NCBI GenBank assembly: GCA_963708075.1
Contig: OY970194.1
Coordinates: forward strand, 6,976,001 to 7,040,000
Direction: 5' to 3'
Source: Sedimentisphaerales bacterium
GTDB taxonomy: Bacteria; Planctomycetota; Phycisphaerae; Sedimentisphaerales; Anaerobacaceae
DNA: 64,000 nt
The notes below the pieces were generated by a model. It did not search any database, was not told the origin of the DNA, and was given only the letters and a program-made list of their open reading frames with translations. Positions 57,245-64,000 of this stretch are shown piece after piece. The stretch's first letter is position 1, and the number at the start of each line of letters is the position of its first letter. The position numbers were made by a program, and so were the translations under genes.

Positions 57245-58024
57245 ATGGCTATAACGCTTCGCAGCCGCAGAGAAATTGAACTGATGCGTCGGGCGGGAGC
57301 TGTTGTGGCCAATGTTCTTTCAAAATTGCAGACGATCGCAGCACCCGGCATGACGACCGCGGACCTGGACGACGTGGCGCTGAAAATGACCACGGAGGCA
57401 GGTGCGGAGGCCCTCTTTCGGGGTGTTCGCAGCCCGCAGGCGAAGATTCCGTTCCCGGGGGCCATCTGTGCCTCCGTCAACGAGCAGGTTGTGCACGGGA
57501 TTCCGTCGCGAGAGACGGTGTTGCAGGCGGGCGATATCCTGAGCATTGATTTCGGGGTCCGTTTGGATGGCTACTGCGGGGACGCCGCTGTGACCGTTCC
57601 CATCGCGGAGGTTTCCGCGGATCGGCGGCGGCTCATGGAGGTCACCCGGGAGGTGCTGGATATCGCCATCGGGAGGATCAGGCCCGGCGTTCGGTGGAGC
57701 CGGATCGCCGCCGTCATGCAAAAGCATGCGGAGTCGGCGGGCTTCTCGGTCGTACGGGATTTCGTCGGCCACGGCATCGGCACGAAGATGCACGAGGACC
57801 CGAAGGTCCCGAACTTTGTCAGCGAGGAATTGCTGGCCGAGGACATCGTGCTGGCCGAAGGGATGATTCTGGCTGTCGAGCCGATGATCAATGCCGGCAG
57901 CAGTGCCGTTCGGATGCTGCCCAACGGATGGACGGTGGTGACCCGGGATGGCAAGAGTTCCGCTCACTTCGAGCATACGATCGCCGTCACCCGGGGTGGC
58001 TGTGATGTCCTGACGGCGAGGTGA
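57245..58024 (+). CDS. map: Type I methionine aminopeptidase
   Basis: SVNEQVVHGIP, GHGIG..MHEDP, SAHFEHT. Confidence 0.97.
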   Translation: MAITLRSRREIELMRRAGAVVANVLSKLQTIAAPGMTTADLDDVALKMTTEAGAEALFRGVRSPQAKIPFPGAICASVNEQVVHGIPSRETVLQAGDILSIDFGVRLDGYCGDAAVTVPIAEVSADRRRLMEVTREVLDIAIGRIRPGVRWSRIAAVMQKHAESAGFSVVRDFVGHGIGTKMHEDPKVPNFVSEELLAEDIVLAEGMILAVEPMINAGSSAVRMLPNGWTVVTRDGKSSAHFEHTIAVTRGGCDVLTAR

Positions 58025-58108
58025 AGTGGTTCGCGAGCAGGCTGCAGTGCGGCCGGGCGGTCATGAAAACCGCCGGCCGTCTGGTACTTTACGCATATAT
58101 GGATGTTC

Positions 58109-58324
58109 ATGGCGAAGAAGGATTCAATAAGGCTACAGGCGAGGGTCGTCGAAGCTCTGCCGAACGCGATGTTCCGGGTGGAGTTGGAGAACGGCCATAA
58201 AGTCTTAGCCCACGTGTCCGGGAAGATGAGGATGAATTTCATCCGCATCCTGCCGGGCGATCAGGTGACTGTGGAAATGTCGCCGTACGACCTGAATCGA
58301 GGTCGGATTGTACTTCGGCACTGA
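58109..58324 (+). CDS. infA: Translation initiation factor IF-1
   Basis: [24 protein letters not shown]. Confidence 0.97.
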   Translation: MAKKDSIRLQARVVEALPNAMFRVELENGHKVLAHVSGKMRMNFIRILPGDQVTVEMSPYDLNRGRIVLRH

Positions 58325-58384
58325 GGCAGCAGTCGGCGGACCGTTGGTCCTGCCGACGAGCCTTGGTAGAACACGGAACTGCCT

Positions 58385-58498
58385 ATGAAAGTAAGAAGTT
58401 CGGTAAAACGTATCTGTGAAAACTGCAAGATCATTCGCCGCAAAGGCGTGGTCCGCGTGATCTGTTCGAACCCGCGGCACAAGCAGCGCCAGGGGTAG
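58385..58498 (+). CDS. rpmJ: 50S ribosomal protein L36
   Basis: Hand translation [37 protein letters not shown]. Confidence 0.97.
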   Translation: MKVRSSVKRICENCKIIRRKGVVRVICSNPRHKQRQG

Positions 58499-58553
58499 CG
58501 AATGGGATGCGCTCGCAGCACAGGCAATGAATGATGGGTAAGAGGAAAGGAAT

Positions 58554-58937
58554 ATGCCGCGTATAGTTGGTGTTGATATTCCCGATAACAAGGCGATTTG
58601 GGTGTCCTTGATGTATGTGCCGGGAATCGGCAAGTGGACGGCGGAACAGATTCTCAAGGAAGCCCGGGTCGAATTGACGACCAAGGCGAACAAGCTCAGC
58701 GAAGACGAGTTGAGTCGGATCACGCAGATCATCGATCGCAACTACGTCGTCGGGGGCTCGCTCCGCAGGCAGATCGCCCAGAATATTGCCCGCCTCCGCG
58801 ACATCGCATGCTATCGAGGAATCCGGCACCGCAGGGGCCTGCCTGTCCGCGGGCAGCACACGCAGAGCAATGCCCGCACCCGCAAGGGGCCGCGAAAGAC
58901 CGTGGCCGGCAAGAAGGGTGTGAAGGAGCAGCGATAA
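58554..58937 (+). CDS. rpsM: 30S ribosomal protein S13
   Basis: [18 protein letters not shown]. Confidence 0.98.
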   Translation: MPRIVGVDIPDNKAIWVSLMYVPGIGKWTAEQILKEARVELTTKANKLSEDELSRITQIIDRNYVVGGSLRRQIAQNIARLRDIACYRGIRHRRGLPVRGQHTQSNARTRKGPRKTVAGKKGVKEQR

Positions 58938-58938
58938 T

Positions 58939-59319
58939 ATGGCCAAAAGTGGAAAACGCAAAATCAGGAAGAACGTCGTTCGCGCGATTGTGCACATCAA
59001 AGCGACGTTCAACAACACGCTGATCACGATCACCGACGTCGATGGCGACGTGATCTGCTCGAGTTCGGCAGGCAGCGTGGGCTTCAAGGGCTCGCGCAAG
59101 AGCACGCCGTTCGCCGCCCAGCAGGCGGCGCAGAATTGTGCCAACACCGCCATGCGAAATGGTGTCCGCGAGGTGGAAATCGAGGTCAAAGGCCCCGGCG
59201 CGGGCCGGGAGTCCGCGATTTCCGCGATGCAGCAGGCGGGACTGCGGATCACCTCCATTGAAGACGTGACGCCGCTTCCGCACAACGGCTGCAGGCCTCC
59301 AAAGCGTAGAAGAGTGTAA
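58939..59319 (+). CDS. rpsK: 30S ribosomal protein S11
   Basis: [21 protein letters not shown]. Confidence 0.98.
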   Translation: MAKSGKRKIRKNVVRAIVHIKATFNNTLITITDVDGDVICSSSAGSVGFKGSRKSTPFAAQQAAQNCANTAMRNGVREVEIEVKGPGAGRESAISAMQQAGLRITSIEDVTPLPHNGCRPPKRRRV

Positions 59320-59352
59320 CCGGGTCCCCAGGCCCTGAGGAGATCAGTTGAT

Positions 59353-59985
59353 ATGGGACGTTATGTCGGTCCATCGTGTAGACAATGCCGGCGCGAGGGA
59401 ATGAAGCTGTTCCTCAAAGGAACGAAGTGCGAAACGGCCAAGTGTCAGATCGAGCGGAGACAGCGGAGTCTGGCTCCCGGTATGCACGGCTGGCGAAAGG
59501 CGAGGTTGGGCGAATACGGCGTCCGCCTGCGCGAGAAGCAGAAGATCAAGCGCTATTACGGCGTCTATGAGCAGCAGTTCATGCGGTACTTCCATCTCGC
59601 CGAACGCATCAAGGGCAACACCGGCGAGAATCTCCTTCAGTTGCTCGAACGGCGTCTGGACAACGTGGTCTATAAGCTGAATCTCGCTGCGTCCCGCAAG
59701 GCGGCCCGGGTCTTCATCTCCCATGGGCACATTCGTGTCAACGGCCGAAAGGTCGATGTCAGCGACTACATCCTCAAAGTCGGCGACAAGATCACGCTGA
59801 AGAGTGCAGAAAAGAGCCTGAAACGGGTCAAGCAGCAGTTGGAGAGCAACCCGAATTTCACGACACAGGCCTGGCTGCAGTTGGATCGTGAGACGCCTGC
59901 GGCGACGATTGTCGCTCTGCCCACGCGGGAGGACGTACAACTCCCCGTGGAAGAGCAGTTGGTAGTGGAGTTCTGTTCGAGGTAG
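59353..59985 (+). CDS. rpsD: 30S ribosomal protein S4
   Basis: CRQCRREG, LERRLDNVVY. Confidence 0.98.
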   Translation: MGRYVGPSCRQCRREGMKLFLKGTKCETAKCQIERRQRSLAPGMHGWRKARLGEYGVRLREKQKIKRYYGVYEQQFMRYFHLAERIKGNTGENLLQLLERRLDNVVYKLNLAASRKAARVFISHGHIRVNGRKVDVSDYILKVGDKITLKSAEKSLKRVKQQLESNPNFTTQAWLQLDRETPAATIVALPTREDVQLPVEEQLVVEFCSR

Positions 59986-60089
59986 GCTCGACGAACCAAA
60001 ATGTGGAAGAGCGACATACAGAATGACGAGTCGGGGAGAGCTCTCCATTTTGTTGTGTGTAAGGATGAGAGTTTAGATCGGAGGCCGAT

Positions 60090-61091
60090 ATGCGAGTGAC
60101 GTGGCGTGGGTTAGAGTTGCCGACTCGTGTTGAGAGAGACAACAGTGTCTCTACAGATAAGTATGGCCGGTTTTTCATCGAGCCGTTTGAGCGCGGTTTC
60201 GGGACCACGGTCGGGAACAGCCTCAGGCGCGTATTGCTCTCCTCGCTGGAAGGCAGTGCGGTGACATCCATCAAGATCGCAGGCGTAGACCACGAGTTCA
60301 CCTCCATCCGTGGCGTCATGGAGGATGCGACGGATATCGTGTTGAACGTCAAGAGCCTGGTGGTTCGATTGCAGGGGGACGGGCCCAAGATCATGAAGGT
60401 GATCGCGGACAAGGCGGGCGTCATCACGGCGGCGGACATCGCTGCCGACCCGGCCATCGAGGTGATCAACAAGGATGCGGCACTGGTCACGTTGACCGAG
60501 GACGTCCACTTCGAGATGGAGATGGTCGTGGAAAACGGCCGGGGATACGTTCCTGTCTCGGAGCGGATCGCCGATGCCGATCGATTCGAGCAGGAAATCG
60601 GGCGAATCAACCTGGATGCCGTGTACTCGCCGGTCACACGCGTGCGCTACACGACCGAGAATACCCGCGTCGGGCAGCGGACCAACTACGACAGGCTGAT
60701 CCTGGAGATCTGGACCAACGGAACGATTTCACCCGAGATGGCGCTGGTCGAGGCGGCCAAGATCCTGCGAAAACACATCAATCCTTTCGTTCAGTACTTC
60801 GAGTTGGGCGAGGAAACCGTCTCCGGCGGTGTGCCCCAGGAAGAGCCTGAGAAGAAGGTGGACGAGGAACTCGAGGCCAAACTCAATACTCCGATCCAGG
60901 AGTTGGAGCTGTCGGTCAGAGCCAGCAACTGCCTGGAGTCGGTGAAGGTCGAGACGGTGCGCCAACTCGTGCAGATGACCGAGGCCGACCTGCTGAAGAT
61001 TCGCAGCTTCGGCAAGACGTCGCTTCGCGAGATCAAGCGAAAGCTGGCGGACATCGGGCTGTCGCTCGGGATGAAAGACGTCAGTCAATAA
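60090..61091 (+). CDS. rpoA: RNA polymerase alpha subunit
   Basis: EPFERGFGTTVGNSLRRVLLSS, LSVRASNCL. Confidence 0.98.
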   Translation: MRVTWRGLELPTRVERDNSVSTDKYGRFFIEPFERGFGTTVGNSLRRVLLSSLEGSAVTSIKIAGVDHEFTSIRGVMEDATDIVLNVKSLVVRLQGDGPKIMKVIADKAGVITAADIAADPAIEVINKDAALVTLTEDVHFEMEMVVENGRGYVPVSERIADADRFEQEIGRINLDAVYSPVTRVRYTTENTRVGQRTNYDRLILEIWTNGTISPEMALVEAAKILRKHINPFVQYFELGEETVSGGVPQEEPEKKVDEELEAKLNTPIQELELSVRASNCLESVKVETVRQLVQMTEADLLKIRSFGKTSLREIKRKLADIGLSLGMKDVSQ

Positions 61092-61135
61092 CGTGAAAGT
61101 CTGGGGAATCTCGGACATAGTAGGGATTTCGGCAT

Positions 61136-61744
61136 ATGCGTCATAGATCTGCAGGGCGTGAATTAAGCAGAACGAGTGCACATCGCCTGGCATTGCGTCG
61201 GAACATGGCTCAGTCGCTCATCGAGCATGAGACCATTTCGACGACGGTCCAGAAAGCGAAGGAGATCAAGCCGTTCGTTGAGAAGCTGATCACCATGGCC
61301 AAGAAGGGGTCGCTTCAGTATCGACGGCGGGCCATCTCCATGCTGGGGGATCGCAGCATCGTCGCGTTTGAGGACGGCGAGCCTGTCGAAAAGGGGACCG
61401 TCATTGGCAAGCTCTTCAGCGAGCTCGGACCACGGTATCTCGACCGATCGGGCGGATACACGCGGATCATTCGTCTAGCGCTCAGACGCCTTGGGGATAA
61501 CGGACAGGTCGTTTTGCTCCAACTGCTGGGCAAAGATGAACCCTTGAAGAAAGAGAAACGGGCGCCCGGCAAGAGGCGCTCTCGCAAGAGAGCCGGCCAG
61601 ACTGCCGCCGCGGCTAAGCCGGCAGAGGCCGAAGCCGCCGAGGCACCGGCCGAAACCACGCCGCAGACGACGGAAGCCGCCCCGGAGCCTCAAGAAGGCG
61701 CGCCGACGGAGCCGCAAGCAGGCGAGCAGGAACAGCCCAAGTAA
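61136..61744 (+). CDS. rplQ: 50S ribosomal protein L17 with low-complexity C-terminal tail
   Basis: MRHR…LSRTSAHR, GGYTRII. Confidence 0.97.
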   Translation: MRHRSAGRELSRTSAHRLALRRNMAQSLIEHETISTTVQKAKEIKPFVEKLITMAKKGSLQYRRRAISMLGDRSIVAFEDGEPVEKGTVIGKLFSELGPRYLDRSGGYTRIIRLALRRLGDNGQVVLLQLLGKDEPLKKEKRAPGKRRSRKRAGQTAAAAKPAEAEAAEAPAETTPQTTEAAPEPQEGAPTEPQAGEQEQPK

Positions 61745-61786
61745 AATCTTGGGGACGACAAAAAAGCAATCGTACAGGATAACGGG

Positions 61787-62209
61787 ATGACGCGCATGGA
61801 TGGCTGCGTGTTCTGCAAGATGGTGGCAGGTGAGATTCCTGTCACGAAGGTCTACGAGGACGAGGCGGTCTTTGCCTTCCTCGACATAGGCCCCATCAGC
61901 GATGGTCACACGCTCGTTATTCACAAGCAGCACTGCACGCGACTTCATGAATGTGCTCCGGACGTGTTAGCCGATGTAGCCTGTCGTCTGGGCGAGATCG
62001 CGGAGGCGGTGATGACGGCGATGGAGGCCGATGGCTACAACGTGCTGAGCAATAACGGTCCGGCGGCGGGGCAGGTGGTCGATCACCTGCATTTCCACAT
62101 CATTCCGCGCAGGACCGGCGACGGAGTTTTGACGCAGTGGCCGTCGTATCGCTACAAGGCCGGCCAGATCGAAAAACTCGCCGCAAAAATACGGGAGAAT
62201 CTGAAATAG
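61787..62209 (+). CDS. HIT family protein
   Basis: CVFC, GHTLVI, HLHFHII. Confidence 0.93.
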   Translation: MTRMDGCVFCKMVAGEIPVTKVYEDEAVFAFLDIGPISDGHTLVIHKQHCTRLHECAPDVLADVACRLGEIAEAVMTAMEADGYNVLSNNGPAAGQVVDHLHFHIIPRRTGDGVLTQWPSYRYKAGQIEKLAAKIRENLK

Positions 62210-62333
62210 TTGACATACCCCTTGCCAGGTGCGCCGCTCTTTGATATTGTAAGTGGATAATTTCGCTGGTGGTGTGCATAGTGATGCTGTAGGCCGAACC
62301 ATGCACAGCTTTCCGGCGTAAAAATATATTGAC

Positions 62334-62407
62334 CGCGGGGTAGAGCAGTCTGGTAGCTCGTCGGGCCCATAACCCGGAGGTCGGAGGTTCGAATCCTCCC
62401 CCCGCTA
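62334..62407 (+). tRNA. Initiator tRNA-Met(CAT)
   Basis: Unpaired C1:T72, GGG/CCC in anticodon stem, CAT anticodon, GGTTCGAATCC T arm. Confidence 0.95.
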
Positions 62408-62418
62408 TTGAGCTAAAG

Positions 62419-62455
62419 AAGGCAGTCGCAACGACTTACGTGCGACTGCCTTTTT
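62419..62455 (+). terminator. Intrinsic terminator after tRNA-Met
   Basis: AAGGCAGTCGCA/TGCGACTGCCTT stem ending in T5. Confidence 0.75.
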
Positions 62456-62593
62456 GCGTTTGGGCGGGCGTGTGCTTAAATTGTGGTTGTCCGCTGCATC
62501 GGCCACGTGTCAGCGGGCCGTTATTGGGATGACACCCATCGAGGAGCAGCCTCTGGTAGACTGTCGTTTGACAGTACGTCAAAGGAGGCTGTC

Positions 62594-64000
62594 ATGGTTT
62601 GCGTGTACAAGCGTCGAAAGCAGTATTGGATCAGCTACTACGTCAACGGTCAGCAGATCAGGCAATCGCTGCACACGACTAACGAGAGGGTAGCACTCGC
62701 CAGGAAGAAGCGCATCGAGTACGAGTTGTCTCTGGGTGACCTTCAGATGGCCAGTCAACTGCCCCTGGTCCCGGTGTTGGAGGCATTCTGCAAATACTTG
62801 GAGTCGACACGGACCTTCAAGTCTTTCAAGAATGACTTCTCTCGCCTGAGAGCGTTCTTTGGACCTATCTGTCAATCCTTGGAGTCTTGTCCGCCCGGAG
62901 TCAAGCGGGGGCAGCAGACCATGAAGACGGTCAAGGACATGGTAGCCGTGTATATCTACGCCGGCCTGCGGTGTGAAGAGGCATTGTGGCTCACCCCAGA
63001 TGATGTGGATCGTCGTACTCAAGATAGAACTGATCCGACCGCTGACAGGGGATGGCGGTGTGCCTACCTCGCAGATATTAGGGACCATGAACGCTTATGG
63101 AGACTGCTTGCAGATGTCTTCACCAGTGTTGTCGACCTCGATTGGCAGCAAATGATTGAGGAGTACCGGCGTTTCAAACAAGTGGAGGGCCTCCAAGAGG
63201 CGTCAATCTACGAGGCCATGCTGACGCTGGGACATTTCAGACGCCTGGCAGGGCGCCAGTCATCGAGATCGGTCACACAAAACGCTGGACCAGTTCATCC
63301 TGGACCGAGGGCAAGAAATCGAGAAGAATACTCTCAACAAGGACATACGCAATCTGAACGCCTTTCTCAATTGGGCCGCCAGGAATCGTTTCGTGGCTGC
63401 AGACTTGGAGGTCAGGAAGGTCAAGGTAGCTCAGAAGCCTGTGGTTGTGCTCTCGCCACAGCAGGTTCGGGACCTACTCACGGCAACTTCGAGGTATCCA
63501 ACTCTACGGCTGAGAGCATTGCTGGCGGTGACGACTGGTCTTCGACGAGGCGATATCGAGGCGATTCGCATTGGTGATCTTCACTTCGACAGAAACACCA
63601 TTGCCACACGGAATCGCAAGGCAGGGAAAGCCATGCCCGAGCGTCCGATCCCCGAGCCAATCATGACGGAGTTGTCCAATCATGTGGCTACACTCTCCGA
63701 TGGACAGGAAAGGCTCTTCACCGACAGATTCAGCCCCAAGAAGTGGGAGAGAGTCCGGAGGGCTGTCGGGTTGCGCAATCTGAAGTTTCATGACTTGCGC
63801 CAGACCTTTGCTTCCCTGCTAGCTCAAAGAGGTGTGTCGATTACCGTGACCCAGAGACTGCTGGAACACTCCAGCCCTCAACTCACGAACGATGTGTACA
63901 CCAATGTGGATCCGGTACTGCGGCAGGCAATTGACCGACTGCCGGTGGCGGACTGGATAGAACACCGTCCTGCCGTGTTGAAGGACAAGCAGCATTGGCT
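62594..64000 (+). mobile_element. Mosaic/degenerate tyrosine integrase next to tRNA-Met (island edge), open at window end
   Basis: AAGGAGG RBS; arm-like N-terminus; YAGLRCEE box; after a frameshift near 63280 a second catalytic domain TGLRRGD…HDLRQTFAS…LLEHS…VYT. Confidence 0.8.

Noticed and set aside
62361..62377. C instead of U at position 33 of initiator tRNA (CCCATAA loop)
   Set aside because: To my knowledge this variant occurs in other initiator tRNAs; not unusual enough to report.

Overview
GC-rich bacterial chromosome segment, most likely Planctomycetota, class Phycisphaerae (inferred from the EF-Tu '[22 protein letters not shown]' insertion, the RpoB/RpoC signatures and the lack of rpmD). 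1-28 kb is metabolic and accessory: a stand-alone SIR2-like gene, a LarA-family/HAD/sulfatase/SDR cluster, a cupin, a 3.7-kb cassette with two c-di-AMP (ydaO/yuaA-type) riboswitches heading a four-helix-bundle protein and a KimA-like transporter and bracketed by an 84-bp duplication of the cupin 3' end, a nucleotidyltransferase TA-like pair, tRNA-Thr, a serpin-like gene, larE, a NagB-deacetylase fusion, hexokinase, galE, xerD and a HEAT-repeat protein, plus several families of short palindromic repeats. 28-62 kb is one continuous translation/transcription super-cluster (tRNA-Thr, tuf, rpmG, tRNA-Trp, secE, nusG, rplKAJL, rpoBC, rpsLG, fusA, then the S10, spc and alpha operons). It is followed by a HIT gene, initiator tRNA-Met and a mosaic tyrosine integrase running off the window end. 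The most striking items are an XRE-like helix-turn-helix fused to the N-terminus of uL22 (downstream of a ~410-nt structured S10 leader) and the repeat-flanked double-riboswitch cassette. Caveat: small indels break tuf, rpoB, rpoC, rplO and others, so the assembly probably carries sequencing errors and pseudogene calls are uncertain. All calls come from reading the sequence; no searches were run.
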